A stretch of DNA of 63,684 bases, filler included, from Octopus bimaculoides (GCF_001194135.2; 5 parts of 5 records of this genome joined end to end with filler, not necessarily neighbours in it), one strand, 5' to 3'; positions 25,806-40,373 are shown, numbered from the whole stretch's first letter. A program made the numbers and translations. The notes: generated from the letters alone by a model not told the origin.

Positions 25806-28389
25806 GTGTCTGTCTGTCACTTGATCGGTCACACTGAATCTCCTTTAACACCTATATATGTGTGTGTCTGTGTGTGTAAACTCTTCTTTCAAATACACTT
25901 CCATATGATAAAGGTAAATCTTTTCTCCTCTCTGTAACGAAGAAGAACCTTTTATGGGAGAATACTCATGTAAACACTTTAAAAACACGTTTATCGTTAT
26001 AAACATTGGTAAAAACATACGTTTAGTTCCTATAACTTAACCCTAGAATTTATACCTTTGTAATTAGGGTGTATTATCCTTAGCACTTACGTCAGTGTTC
26101 CTACCCTAGTAACTATTCATTTTTTGCTTTTTATTTGAACACATTGAAAACATACACATACATACATCTATATATATATATATATATATACATACACACA
26201 CATATATATNNNNNNNNNNNNNNNNNNNNNNNNNNNNNNNNNNNNNNNNNNNNNNNNNNNNNNNNNNNNNNNNNNNNNNNNNNNNNNNNNNNNNNNNNNN
26301 NNNNNNNNNNNNNNNNNNNNNNNNNNNNNNNNNNNNNNNNNNNNNNNNNNNNNNNNNNNNNNNNNNNNNNNNNNNNNNNNNNNNNNNNNNNNNNNNNNNN
26401 NNNNNNNNNNNNNNNNNNNNNNNNNNNNNNNNNNNNNNNNNNNNNNNNNNNNNNNNNNNNNNNNNNNNNNNNNNNNNNNNNNNNNNNNNNNNNNNNNNNN
26501 NNNNNNNNNNNNNNNNNNNNNNNNNNNNNNNNNNNNNNNNNNNNNNNNNNNNNNNNNNNNNNNNNNNNNNNNNNATATATGTATATATATATATATATAG
26601 TGCGAACACTATATATATATTATGCGAACATGAACATTTGATCATTATAAACGGATCACCCGTATAGTTGACCGGCAAGAATTTGCTAACACACATACGT
26701 AGTCTAATGACGGGAGAGTCCATGACGTATATATGTATATATGTGTGCATGTATGTATGTGTGTGTGTGTGTGTGTGCGTGTGTGCGCGCGCACCTCCTA
26801 TATATACACGTATATCTGTGTGTGTATGCTTTTCATGGAGTAAGCACGATATAAATTTAGAGGATACAAAAATATGATGTGTGTATTTGTTATCAGCTGA
26901 CACCTTTCTTTCAATTCTAACTACAAGTTTTAAGATTTCTATGCTCGTACAATGAAGTGCTGTTTAATAACGGACTGACATGTATGAGTTGAATCCACGT
27001 GTTCAGGATTTTCTGCAGAAATTTGATTGGTCGCCAGAAACGATGTGACAGTTAAGATGGATGTAAATCGTAATTGTCTTGGAGGCCATAAAAAGTTTTG
27101 CGTGAAAATTGGAAATTAAACAAAGCATATCAAAGATACAGGGTAGGTTTTTATTGTTGTTGTTGTTGGTGGTGGTGGTGGTGGTAGTGACGGTGTTGCT
27201 GGTGATGGTAACTTTATATGACTTGAAGGCAATACTTATATGCGAATATTTATTCATTCGGGTATTTGTAAATGAATAAATATATAAACAAGTAAATATC
27301 AGAGCAAATATCGTTGTCATTGATATGAATATATCAATGCAAATATGAAAGAAGAATGTGAAATAAAAATAGAAAAAGAAAAAAAAAACAGGACAGGGCA
27401 GGATGCGAATACAAAGATATCTTTAAAATAATAAGGAAAATGAAATAATAGAAATAATAATAATAATAATGATAATAATAATAGTAAAAATAATGATACT
27501 AATGCATGCAATAAAATAACAATTCAACGAATAGGAGAGTTCAACATGCATACATTCGCATATACACATGTATATATATATATATATATATATATNNNNN
27601 NNNNNNNNNNNNNNNNNNNNNNNNNNNNNNNNNNNNNNNNNNNNNNNNNNNNNNNNNNNNNNNNNNNNNNNNNNNNNNNNNNNNNNNNNNNNNNNNNNNN
27701 NNNNNNNNNNNNNNNNNNNNNNNNNNNNNNNNNNNNNNNNNNNNNNNNNNNNNNNNNNNNNNNNNNNNNNNNNNNNNNNNNNNNNNNNNNNNNNNNNNNN
27801 NNNNNNNNNNNNNNNNNNNNNNNNNNNNNNNNNNNNNNNNNNNNNNNNNNNNNNNNNNNNNNNNNNNNNNNNNNNNNNNNNNNNNNNNNNNNNNNNNNNN
27901 NNNNNNNNNNNNNNNNNNNNNNNNNNNNNNNNNNNNNNNNNNNNNNNNNNNNNNNNNNNATATATATATATATATATAAATATTTCTACACAATTATGAT
28001 AGATTATCAATTGTCATCTCATAAATACATTAATACTCTTTTACTCAGTATTTTAATATTGCAATAATGTATCAATCGGGTAGTTTTCTTGCCAGTCAGT
28101 CATAAAACCTAATCTCTACTAAGAAAGAAATCATACATGCATGCCGCAGGTTCAAGTACGGCAAAGCGTCGTCGATGATTGCCCAATTGATCTATTTCTA
28201 TGTGGTCTCCTTGGTCAGGAGATTATCAACTCAGATAATTTAAATATTGCTTTTGAATAGCCTTGGCTTAATCCTAATCGTGTTCAAGTATAATCAAAAG
28301 CATTCCATCCGTGAACATCTTGTATTTAGACATATTCTACTTTGAACTAGTCCATGCCATCTTCATTAGTCCTTTTTTTTTAAAGCTAG

Positions 28390-28742
28390 ATTATCCCTTA
28401 ATCAGCAAATTTATCATCAAAGTTGTTTCATCGACAGGGTGGGGGGCAGTTAAAGGAGTAAAGAAACCCCCTTCAGTTAGGAATGTCTCCTTCGATGCCT
28501 ACGTCCGGGTAAGATTGTGGAAAACCAGAAGTCGCTCATGCATATCTGTCCTCTCTCCACGCCAAGGGAAAGAGAAGGCTGATACATCAGGGACTTCGCA
28601 ACTCATTTCTACAAGTGAGTGAACTGGAGCAACGTGAAATAAGCTTCTTGTTCAAGAATACAACACACAACCCAGTGCGGGAATCGAACTCACATCCTTT
28701 AGATTGTAAGTCTGACTCTTTAACCACAGTCATATTCCGCCT
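28390..28742 (-). mobile_element. tRNA-headed SINE with CORE-like central domain (family D)
   Basis: Minus strand has gtgagttcgattcccgc (B box) followed by gtgttgtattcttgaacaagaagcttatttcacgttgctccagttcactcac, resembling CORE-like domains. Confidence 0.7.
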
Positions 28743-29615
28743 TTTTGCGTATCAGAGAGTATTATTTTCCATTGTATTTTTTTGTCGAGACGATAAATAG
28801 TGTTTAAATTGAAAGAAATTTGGTTGCTATTTTTAGCAAATCGATGTAGAAGTTCTGTAAGTGGCATACGATGCGGTTTGTAATATATAGTTTTATTTTC
28901 TGCTGGATCTCTTGTTGAGGTTGTTGTTTAACTCCATTTCAGCATTTGGACCGTAAGCATTTTTCTTTATTCAGATTTACTGGATAATGTACTGTATTGT
29001 TCAATGTCGAATGCTGAATGATTCCAACCTGTCCTGAGACACTTGAGTATGATCTGAAGGAGATTTGATTGTTATTTCTGGCAGAGGAAGAGCACGCAGA
29101 TTATCATTTGGTTGGTTAAATGATCTCGGTAATAACCTTGTTGCTTATAAGCGGGGAGCAGATATTAGGAAGAGCTGTGCAAAATAGTGGAGTGATTAAT
29201 ATGTTTGGTGTATTGAGTTTAGTCCAGCCTGAAGATTTAGGTACATAACTACATGCGGCGAGATTTATATTCCATTTATTCGGTTACAGAAATGGAGGTA
29301 TCAGGAATTAGATTGGGAAATGTGGCTGTTGCTGTTGCAGGGATTTCTAACAGTGAAGGAAATATATTAAGAATCCCCAGCAAGGAAATCCATTCTATTA
29401 GAGAATATATAACTTAGCTGTCATTGTTGTAGGCCTGTGGTCTGATTTCGCAGCGCAAAGGACATCACACAAAAAGAATATTGACACACTTTGCATAGAA
29501 ATTTAAAAGGAAGCAATTGACGGAATGATAACAGCAACAATAAGACTATACATTATGTACAACAGAAAGTACACTGTTGTTCAGATTGCTCAGAGATAGC
29601 AGAATAAATATATAT

Positions 29616-29842
29616 TAAGGCGGCGAGCTGGCAGAAGCGTTAGCAAGCCGGGCGAAATGCTTAGCGGTATTTCGTCTGTCTTTACGTTCTGAGTTCAAAT
29701 TCTGCCGAGGTCGGCTTTGCCTTTCATCCTTTCGAGGTCGATAAATAAAGTACCAGTTGTGTAATGGGGTCGATATAATCGGCTGGTCCGTTCCCTTCCC
29801 CTCAAAATTTCGGGCCTTGTACCTAGACTAGAAAAGAATATT
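29616..29842 (+). mobile_element. tRNA-derived SINE, family A (best-preserved copy)
   Basis: taaggcggcgagctggcagaagcgttagc...gagttcaaattctgccgaggtcggctttgcctttcatcctttcg. Confidence 0.9.
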
Positions 29843-29934
29843 CTAATATTCTTTTCTACTTTCGGCGCAAAACGGATCATTATTGACTTCCCCTCGTATC
29901 TGGCTCTGTGTCTGTCTCTCTATCTATGTATCCC

Positions 29935-29967
<33 letters not shown>

Positions 29968-30508
29968 ATCATCATTATTAATGCGGTGAGCTTGTAGAAT
30001 CGTTAGTGCACCAAGAAACAAAACAAAAAAAAAAGCCTTGCGGCATTGATACCAGATATTTTTTGTATATGGTTTACGCATTACTGACGACAAGTAATTA
30101 ATTAGCGACAATATATATATACATACATATTTTGTTTCTTGTATTTAATTATCACTAAATATTAAATAGATTATTAAATACATGAAAGAAAAAATAAATT
30201 TTTTTTTTAACTGCTGAGTCGGAAAGAATGCGCGTTGCCTATGACCTTCATAATCTCTTTTGAAAGAGGAAAGGTTGATGCCATTAATGTTTCGTTTCAA
30301 TTTATTGTGTCTTTAGCCAATTATTCACTCGTCCGTAATAATACGTAAATCCCCTTCACCCCCACACACCCTAACATAATAGAGATAAACACTGGTCCTT
30401 CCCCTATGTTGTTATCGTGTATCCCCCTCACCCGTGCCTTATGACCATTGTAGACAGGATTATTATTACCAGCAGAAATACCGCTCACCGGTTGGTTGTC
30501 AACAAGTA

Positions 30509-30693
30509 CACTAGGGGGTGCTGAAAAGTTACTGGCTTTGTGTAAAAGGAAATACAGGAAGATCAGATAACATATTCCCTTCTCGGGTTCACACACTTAT
30601 TGCAGCATTCCTTCAGTTTTTCTCAGCCCTGTAAAAGAACTCGAACGGTTGGGCCTCGGGACTAAAGACAAAGAACTTTTCAGTACCCTCTTG
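30509..30693. mobile_element. Tc1/mariner-type MITE
   Basis: TIRs (ggggtgctgaaaagtt / aacttttcagtaccc), TA flanks, homologous to 37449-37664. Confidence 0.8.
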
Positions 30694-30739
30694 TACATAA
30701 TCATTTGGATTAAATGGTTGGATAAACCAATATTTGGAT

Positions 30740-30965
30740 AAAAGTCTCAGCTCTGGTGCGCTAAATACTTTTCTGAATTTTCAGAATTGTCTTTATGCTA
30801 GGCCACTGGTTTTAAATTGGTGTTCATTACATTAATATTCAATTTATCACCCTTATTATTATTTAAATTTTAACAATTATGTTCTCTAGTCAGCAACGGT
30901 TACTGCAGTGAATTATCTTTTGCGGAATTGTTTCTGGCATTTAACGCGCCAGAGCTGAGACTTTT
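30740..30965. mobile_element. MITE with ~29-bp TIRs
   Basis: aaaagtctcagctctggtgcgctaaatac versus the reverse complement aaaagtctcagctctggcgcgttaaatgc (3 mismatches). Confidence 0.7.
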
Positions 30966-31119
30966 GAAAATAACTTCAATGTAATTGGTAGAACTGTACA
31001 CATAGGAGATGGATATAGGTCGGCAGTCAAGCCAAGAAAGAAAGATCATGGCTGGCCAGACACCGGTCACGTGGAAGGAGAATAGATGGGTTTTATTCAT
31101 TTGACTACGGCCAAGATGG

Positions 31120-31280
31120 AGCCCCGCCTTTCAGTCGAAAAAAATCGACCTCAGAGCTTATTCTTTGTAAAACTAGTACTTATTCTATCGGATTTTGACC
31201 GAGCCGCTAAGTTACGGGAGACATAAACACACCAATATCGATTGTCAAGCTATGGTGGGCGGACAAACACAGACACAAAG
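31120..31280 (-). mobile_element. SINE segment, family C
   Basis: gccgctaagttacgggagacataaacacacc is the reverse complement of the family C motif at ~37200. Confidence 0.7.
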
Positions 31281-31314
31281 ACATACAAACACACACACAC
31301 ACACATAAATATAT

Positions 31315-31445
31315 ACATGTATACGACGGGCTTCTTTCAGTTCCCGTCTACCTAATCCACTCACAAATAATAGAAGACACTTTCTCAAGGTGCCACGATA
31401 TGGGACTGAACCCGGACCAGCTAGTTGGTCAGGAAGCTACTTACC
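31315..31445 (-). mobile_element. SINE family B
   Basis: gggactgaacccgga is the reverse complement of the head at 2915; also gggcttctttcagttcccgtctacc. Confidence 0.75.
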
Positions 31446-31491
31446 ACACACCAAGAACACACATACGCACACACACACACANNNNNNNNNN

Positions 31492-31524
<33 letters not shown>

Positions 31525-31897
31525 CATACACATACACACATGCATACACACACACATGCATACACACACAGACACAATCACAGACAGATATTCACAAACA
31601 CAAAGTGTGTGTGTGGGTGTATGTGTGTGTTTTTCTGTGTATGTGTGTGGGTGCGTGAATATGTGCGCTGTTTTGTGTGCGTGTGTGTGCGCTTGTGTGT
31701 CCATTCAGCATATATATTCGGAAATAAACTCCATTAATTTTCTCAAATATGTTAAACTAAAAGAATTGACAGTAGCGCTTTTTTCTCTTCTTGTCACATC
31801 TGGGATAGAATTAATGAATCAATGAAATTCTGGTCTGTTAGTCGCTGACAATCAAGCTCTGTATGTAAGCACGTAAACACACGTACATACAATCTAT

Positions 31898-31930
<33 letters not shown>

Positions 31931-32128
31931 CACACATACACATATATATATACATATATACGTGTATGATAGGCATATCTGTTTCTCTCTCCTTCTCTCT
32001 CCCTCTCTCTNNNNNNNNNNNNNNNNNNNNNNNNNNNNNNNNNNNNNNNNNNNNNNNNNNNNNNNNNNNNNNNNNNNNNNNNNNNNNNNNNNNNNNNNNN
32101 NNNNNNNNNNNNNNNNNNNNNNNNNNNN

Positions 32129-32162
<34 letters not shown>

Positions 32163-32570
32163 CCATGCATATATATGCACATAGGTGTATGAGAGTGTGT
32201 ATACCAAGCTATCTGTGTGGTAATATGTGTATATGTAATTGAAGCTCAAAGCGTATATGTACGAATATATTTGGGCATAAATCAGAGGTATATTTCAATG
32301 ATTCATGTCCTGCAATAATTGTCTTTCGTGGTGACGCACTCCTCACACACGAACACGCATGCGCCACACACACACACACATACACATACCCACACATACA
32401 TATACACACATACATACTGATACATAATGTGGTATATGCAAGTGGACTAATTTGTTCGTTCTGCGATAAATATGTGTGTATGCCTGTGCGTGTGTGTGCG
32501 CGCATGTATGCGTATGCGTGCGTGAATATGTGTGTGTGTGCGTGTGTGTATGAGTGTGTAGTCGTATGTG

Positions 32571-32624
<54 letters not shown>

Positions 32625-32680
32625 NNNNNNNNNNNNNNNNNNNNNNNNNNNNNNNNNNNNNNNNNNNNNNNNNNNNNNNN

Positions 32681-32742
<62 letters not shown>

Positions 32743-33010
32743 GTATATATAGATATGTATGTATATACATATACATATACTAATATAAATATATCAATCA
32801 ATCTATATATCTATCGATCGAACTTCAGGTGTATGATGCGTATATATGTGTGTGCATGTCCGTATGTATGCGTGGGTGTGCGTGTGTGTGCGTGTGTGTA
32901 TACGTATCTGTGCGTTTCTCTGCGTATATACACACGTGCTTAGATACATACACGTATGCATATATAGACACATATATATATTTATACATATAAATATATA
33001 ACTAAGTATG

Positions 33011-33052
<42 letters not shown>

Positions 33053-33112
33053 TATAGATATATATAATACATAGATGTGCGTGTGTATATGTATATATAT
33101 CTGTGTGTGTAT

Positions 33113-33158
<46 letters not shown>

Positions 33159-33429
33159 TTTGCTGTGAAGAAGAAAGAGAATATGAGAGAGAAGCATAAC
33201 GAACAGGAGTGAAAAGATGGCGGATGTGTTAAATCACAAAAGTGATGAATTTTCCGTCTTTCATCTCAATGGACAACATCTTTATTCATCTGCTATTGTT
33301 GTTTCTCCCCTCCTCCACTTGACAAATTGTTACAAACAACAGTATGACATATACAATAATAAACGAAAGAAGAAAAAGAGAAATAATAGCGAGTAACTCA
33401 GCGTCAAACAAGAAAGGAATTATTACTGA

Positions 33430-33640
33430 TGATTATGATGATAATGATGATGATGATGATGATGATGATAAGAAGAAAAAGAAGAAGAAGAAGAAGAAGA
33501 AGAAGAAGAAGAAGAAGAAGAAGAAGAAGAAGAAGAAGAAGAAGACGAAGAAGAAGACGAAGAAGAAGGAGAAGAAGTCGAAGAATAATTTGTGGAAGAA
33601 AATGTGTAATAGTAATAATAATAATAATAATAATGATAAT
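33430..33640. repeat. (GAT)n/(GAA)n/(AAT)n compound microsatellite
   Basis: Directly visible. Confidence 0.95.
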
Positions 33641-34084
33641 AATTGCATATATATATGTCTATATATGTATGTGTGCGTATATGTGTGTGTGTGCATGAAT
33701 ATGTATATATATATGTTATATATGGATATATAAATATATACNNNNNNNNNNNNNNNNNNNNNNNNNNNNNNNNNNNNNNNNNNNNNNNNNNNNNNNNNNN
33801 NNNNNNNNNNNNNNNNNNNNNNNNNNNNNNNNNNNNNNNNNNNNNNNNNNNNNNNNNNNNNNNNNNNNNNNNNNNNNNNNNNNNNNNNNNNNNNNNNNNN
33901 NNNNNNNNNNNNNNNNNNNNNNNNNNNNNNNNNNNNNNNNNNNNNNNNNNNNNNNNNNNNNNNNNNNNNNNNNNNNNNNNNNNNNNNNNNNNNNNNNNNN
34001 NNNNNNNNNNNNNNNNNNNNNNNNNNNNNNNNNNNNNNNNNNNNNNNNNNNNNNNNNNNNNNNNNNNNNNNNNNNNNNNNNNNN

Positions 34085-34127
<43 letters not shown>

Positions 34128-34588
34128 TACACCACCTGTCCTCGTCTGTTGTTATTTTTTGTATATTCTCCCATATATATATATATGCATGTATATACAC
34201 ATATAAACACAACCATATACATACGCGCGCGCGTGGTGTGTATTAAACAATTCTAACCAATTAGACATTAGTGCGATTGTGTTTTATTGTGGAATAAATA
34301 TGAAAGAAAGAGAGAGGGAGGAGAGGAGGGTTAGTGAGAGGTGAGAGAATTTGCAGGGAAAGTAATGAATGTTGGACGGAAAGAGAGAGAAGGAGGAAAA
34401 TAAGAGGAAGGTGTGGAATGTTCTGTGAAGCTGGGTGATGTTTGAATTACTGTCCCGTTTAAAACACATTCGCTTGGGACGTGAAAGTATTGACTAAAAA
34501 CAAAAAGACGTATAATATATTACTGTTATCAACGTCACCACCACTTCCACCACCACCACCACCACCAGCATCTTTATATACAATCATT

Positions 34589-34620
<32 letters not shown>

Positions 34621-35667
34621 TATACTCGTCAACTGTCGTTATGTCAAACTCAATTATATACGAAATCATCACTATAGCCAATTCCAGCATATTAGTACTC
34701 GTTGTCCTTTTTCTCCTACATCTCCTCCTCCTCCTCCTCCTCCTCCTCCTACACCTCCCCCTCCTCCTACACCTCCTCCTCCCCTCCTCCTACACCTCCT
34801 CCTCCCCCTCCTCTTACACCTCNNNNNNNNNNNNNNNNNNNNNNNNNNNNNNNNNNNNNNNNNNNNNNNNNNNNNNNNNNNNNNNNNNNNNNNNNNNNNN
34901 NNNNNNNNNNNNNNNNNNNNNNNNNNNNNNNNNNNNNNNNNNNNNNNNNNNNNNNNNNNNNNNNNNNNNNNNNNNNNNNNNNNNNNNNNNNNNNNNNNNN
35001 NNNNNNNNNNNNNNNNNNNNNNNNNNNNNNNNNNNNNNNNNNNNNNNNNNNNNNNNNNNNNNNNNNNNNNNNNNNNNNNNNNNNNNNNNNNNNNNNNNNN
35101 NNNNNNNNNNNNNNNNNNNNNNNNNNNNNNNNNNNNNNNNNNNNNNNNNNNNNNNNNNNNNNNNNNNNNNNNNNNNNNNNNNNNNNNNNNNNNNNNNNNN
35201 NNNNNNNNNNNNNNNNNNNNNNNNNNNNNNNNNNNNNNNNNNNNNNNNNNNNNNNNNNNNNNNNNNNNNNNNNNNNNNNNNNNNNNNNNNNNNNNNNNNN
35301 NNNNNNNNNNNNNNNNNNNNNNNNNNNNNNNNNNNNNNNNNNNNNNNNNNNNNNNNNNNNNNNNNNNNNNNNNNNNNNNNNNNNNNNNNNNNNNNNNNNN
35401 NNNNNNNNNNNNNNNNNNNNNNNNNNNNNNNNNNNNNNNNNNNNNNNNNNNNNNNNNNNNNNNNNNNNNNNNNNNNNNNNNNNNNNNNNNNNNNNNNNNN
35501 NNNNNNNNNNNNNNNNNNNNNNNNNNNNNNNNNNNNNNNNNNNNCACCACCACCACCACCACCACCACTCTCACCTCTACCAATTCCATCAACACCATTA
35601 TCTATCATAGGAACAATTATCATATGGAGACAAAATACAATTTCCAAGTTTTGATATTTTCAGCCAC

Positions 35668-35847
35668 CTGGCAGAATCGTCAATACGCCGGGCAAAATGC
35701 ATACTGACATTTGTTCCGTCTCTTTGTTCTGCGTTCAAATTCCACGGAGGTCCATTTTGTTTTTCATCCTTTCGGGGTGATGGGGTCGATCTAATCGGTT
35801 TCGACCCCCTCCTCGGTAATTCTTGTGCCAAATTTTGAATCCAATAT
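35668..35847 (+). mobile_element. tRNA-derived SINE, family A
   Basis: ctggcagaatcgtcaatacgccgggcaaaatgc...ttttcatcctttcggggt...ccaatatt. Confidence 0.85.
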
Positions 35848-36724
35848 TTTCAGATTTGGAGGATTTTCGTTTCGTTTTCCAATTGAAACATATCTATTGT
35901 ATATGCTCTCACACACACATGAAAATGGGCTATATGCATGGGATCCCTTGCAGCATTTTGCGGAAGTCTCTTATAGTGTAGCCTAATCTTCAGAAAAAGA
36001 CAATATAGATACCCCTAATATATCCGTTGATGTATTTGATAAATTTACCCCTTCGGGTATCAAGAAATTTGAACCTCGTGAATCCTTTGAATCAGGATGT
36101 ATATTCAGGCAATAGGGTTTTTCATGGATCGATTTATGCCCTGTGAATAAATTTCGCTAAATATAATGTAATGGATGACCTGTAGATTAAATTCAAGAGA
36201 TAAAAATTCCTGACACATAAGGACCCTCCTAGATTGACATATAATCATTTGTAAGTACCAGCCTGAAGAATATCGAGTCACTTAAACTAGATAAATACAT
36301 TTAAATGTGTGTAAGATTTCATACGATAATCGAGTTTTAGAGGGAAGCGAAGGCGGAGGGGCTTTCTCCGCCTATGCCACGAGTTGATCTGGTATCGTAG
36401 TACTTTTAGGATTAAGCACATGCGAGTCTATAAAAATAGAATAACATAATAGCTATTTTATGTTATCGTATGACATAAAATAGCTATAATGTTGGTATCT
36501 AATCAAACTTACTTCAAAATGCAACCATAAAGTAAAGATTACATACAAGCGCTTGCATTACGGCAATATGAGTAAATTACTTCACAACATAAGCAGAATA
36601 TGCAAGCTGTGTTAAGCAAAAATATTTATTGTAAAATCCAATTTGAATTCAATAACAATGGAAGATAGAGGTCGGAAGAGATCGAATTTTGCAAGGCGGA
36701 AACAGTTTGACAGTACGTCGTATG

Positions 36725-36766
<42 letters not shown>

Positions 36767-37087
36767 NNNNNNNNNNNNNNNNNNNNNNNNNNNNNNNNNN
36801 NNNNNNNNNNNNNNNNNNNNNNNNNNNNNNNNNNNNNNNNNNNNNNNNNNNNNNNNNNNNNNNNNNNNNNNNNNNNNNNNNNNNNNNNNNNNNNNNNNNN
36901 NNNNNNNNNNNNNNNNNNNNNNNNNNNNNNNNNNNNNNNNNNNNNNNNNNNNNNNNNNNNNNNNNNNNNNNNNNNNNNNNNNNNNNNNNNNNNNNNNNNN
37001 NNNNNNNNNNNNNNNNNNNNNNNNNNNNNNNNNNNNNNNNNNNNNNNNNNNNNNNNNNNNNNNNNNNNNNNNNNNNNNNNNNNNNNN

Positions 37088-37164
<77 letters not shown>

Positions 37165-37184
37165 GTGTGTGTGTATGTTTGTGT

Positions 37185-37355
37185 GTCAAACGATGCTGGT
37201 GTGTTTACGTCCCTGTAACTTAGCGGTTTGGCAGAAAGGTCGGATAGAATAAGTAATAGTCTTACACAGAATCAGTCCTTGGGTCGATTTGCACGATGAA
37301 AGGCGGTGCTCCAGCATGACCGCACTCAAATGTCTGAAACAAGTAAAGGAGTAAA
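37185..37355 (+). mobile_element. SINE segment, family C
   Basis: gtgtttacgtccctgtaacttagcggtttggc...aaggcggtgctccagcatgaccgcactcaaatgtctgaaacaag. Confidence 0.8.
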
Positions 37356-37448
37356 AGAGAATATATATGTGTGTGTGTCTGTGTGTGCGCCTGTGTGTGT
37401 GTGTGCGTCTGTGTGTGTGTAAGAGAAAGAGAAAGAGATTGATAGATA

Positions 37449-37664
37449 TGAGAGGGTGCTGAAAAGTTCCTGACTTTGGGTAAAAGAAAATAGCGAAAAT
37501 AGTTAATTATGAATTTATTCAACATATTCCCCTCTCAGATTCGCGCACGTTTTTGCAGCAGTACTACAGCTTTTTCGAAGCCCTCTAAAACAACTGGAAA
37601 TTTTTAGCCTGCAGCCAAGCCTTTGACAATATCCTTAAACCAGGAACTTTTCAGTAACCCCTCG
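37449..37664. mobile_element. Tc1/mariner-type MITE with TA target-site duplication
   Basis: TA at 37447-48 and 37665-66; TIRs gagggtgctgaaaagttcctg / caggaacttttcagtaacccctc. Confidence 0.88.
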
Positions 37665-38480
37665 TATATTCTTCTACTTTTTCTTTTACTTGTTTCAGTC
37701 CGATTTGTATTTGCGATGGAGATCATCGCTTCCATCTCTAGCCTTACGTCTTTAGCAAATGGAGGAGTACAAGTTCAATTAACAATATACCTGACTTAGA
37801 TTAACCAGTGTCAGCTAGAACAAAAGATATGAATTAATTTTACTAAATACAAGACAGATTAAATTAAGATGATTTAAATATATTTTCGAAAAGTTTCTTT
37901 TGTAGATTTCCATCAAATACCCGTTTGAGTTGGTGAACAGAAATAGCAAAGTTTCGGTAGAAGTATCACGAAATTTCTGAACTAAGGTTTTTTCGGGTCA
38001 ATGTATTAATTTAGATATCAAATAGTACTGGATAAATAAAAAGTTTTCGGGGGGCGGGGGGAGAAAAAGCCTCCCGAAGCACAAATACCAGCTGTATAGC
38101 TCAAGAGTCTTTCAATGTGACTTAACAATTTTACCAACAAATGTAATAGGTTTCTCTATTCAAGAACTCAGCATTCAGCTAATGGTGCAGTCTAGGTAGA
38201 ACTAAAGATAAGAGAACACAGTTTTCATTTCTCACTTAAAATATACACTTTACATTTTATAACATTCAATGTTCTAACAACATTTCGAGTGAAAACAGTT
38301 ACGCATAAAATCCTATAGAAAAATCTTCTAAGTTCCATGATTACTCTGCATGTTTCCCTCCATCTAGCAACTTACATTTGATTCACTTCAAAAGCATATT
38401 TAAAAGGAATAAAAAAAAAAAACATCTGTATAAATCTCTTATACAATTTAAAAAGAAAAAAAATTACTTCAAACCAAACA

Positions 38481-38530
38481 AATACATACTGATGAACGGT
38501 AACATATTCTGAAACGGTGGTCTGTATACG
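38481..38530 (+). ncRNA. Possible degenerate minimal hammerhead ribozyme
   Basis: CUGAUGA (38489-95), GAAA (38511-14) and GUC (38520-22) are all present; stems I and II are imperfect and stem III has only 2 bp. Confidence 0.3.
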
Positions 38531-39547
38531 TTGAGAAGACGAATATCCATGTATATGATTTACAAAGCGCGACAACAGCATATCTACACATATATGCATA
38601 CACGCAGGAACACGCACGCACACAAACACGCATACATACAAAAAAAAACACATACACATTCATACACACAATTTCTATACACGTNNNNNNNNNNNNNNNN
38701 NNNNNNNNNNNNNNNNNNNNNNNNNNNNNNNNNNNNNNNNNNNNNNNNNNNNNNNNNNNNNNNNNNNNNNNNNNNNNNNNNNNNNNNNNNNNNNNNNNNN
38801 NNNNNNNNNNNNNNNNNNNNNNNNNNNNNNNNNNNNNNNNNNNNNNNNNNNNNNNNNNNNNNNNNNNNNNNNNNNNNNNNNNNNNNNNNNNNNNNNNNNN
38901 NNNNNNNNNNNNNNNNNNNNNNNNNNNNNNNNNNNNNNNNNNNNNNNNNNNNNNNNNNNNNNNNNNNNNNNNNNNNNNNNNNNNNNNNNNNNNNNNNNNN
39001 NNNNNNNNNNNNNNNNNNNNNNNNNNNNNNNNNNNNNNNNNNNNNNNNNNNNNNNNNNNNNNNNNNNNNNNNNNNNNNNNNNNNNNNNNNNNNNNNNNGA
39101 TATAGTTTTTAGCGGTTAAGTGCACTGCTCCACATCCTCCATCTTCCATAGTTCGTTTGCTGGAATTTTGCTGCTCACTACGACTAGCATAGTAAAAAGA
39201 TTACTAGAAGCCCCACCAATCCCACCTCGATGTTTTGGGGGAAAAGGTAGACGCATGCATTGATCTCAGATGGCCCTCAAGTATGCTGGGGGAGCTGATT
39301 CTGGAAAACTGAGAGGGATTAAAACAGAAAGTGTCTGAAATGTCGGCGGCAGTTGGAGATTAAAACCGCATTTCGTTGTCCCTGAAAGGATGAAAGGTTA
39401 AAAGTGGGCCCCGGAGGAATTTGAACTGAAATTCGAAAAAGCCGAAATAATTTCTTGAAGACATTTCTACAACACAGCAACGATTCTGTAACAAAGTATT
39501 ACACATGTGTATGCATACAAGCGTGTGGACATATGTATTATGCACAT

Positions 39548-39596
<49 letters not shown>

Positions 39597-39783
39597 TACT
39601 CACATTTAATATGTGGGTAGATAGCTACGATACACATACACGTATAGAGATAAACACCTACACATATACTAACGCAAAGATACGCTTTTCTATAATTACT
39701 TTCATTTCATATGTATGTCTGTATGCATAATATACATACATACATACACACATACATATATATATAACATTTATACATGCATG

Positions 39784-39843
<60 letters not shown>

Positions 39844-39848
39844 TGCAT

Positions 39849-39881
<33 letters not shown>

Positions 39882-40342
39882 CATATATATATAACATTTA
39901 TACATGCATGTATATACATATATATATATAATTTATATGCACTGTCTCATACATATGTATATCCTAACATAGACGTTGTGATTTATCTACTGTTGTCATA
40001 GTTGCACTGATGGTGACGTTGACAACATTCGCAAAAGCTGTGATTAGATCAAAGACCAGCTGGATCAATATATGGCAATCAGTCACATACAGTTGTCACC
40101 GACATACACGCAACACATGCATGCATACACATTTACGTGTACATTTCCACATACATAGATATAGAGACATACGGACACATACGCACACATACGCACGCGC
40201 ACATCACCATATATGAATATATATATATACCAATGTATAGAGGCCGTACATCTACGCGTACGTGTCTGACTGTATGTATGAGAGTTTGGAAGGGAGAATG
40301 CTTGTACTTATAGAACGTATGTATATGCGTATATGTGTGTAT

Positions 40343-40373
<31 letters not shown>

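Noticed and set aside
33214-33400. AAGATGGCGG (YY1/start-like motif) opening a ~59-codon frame
   Set aside because: No donor site, promoter context or homology; lies between microsatellites.
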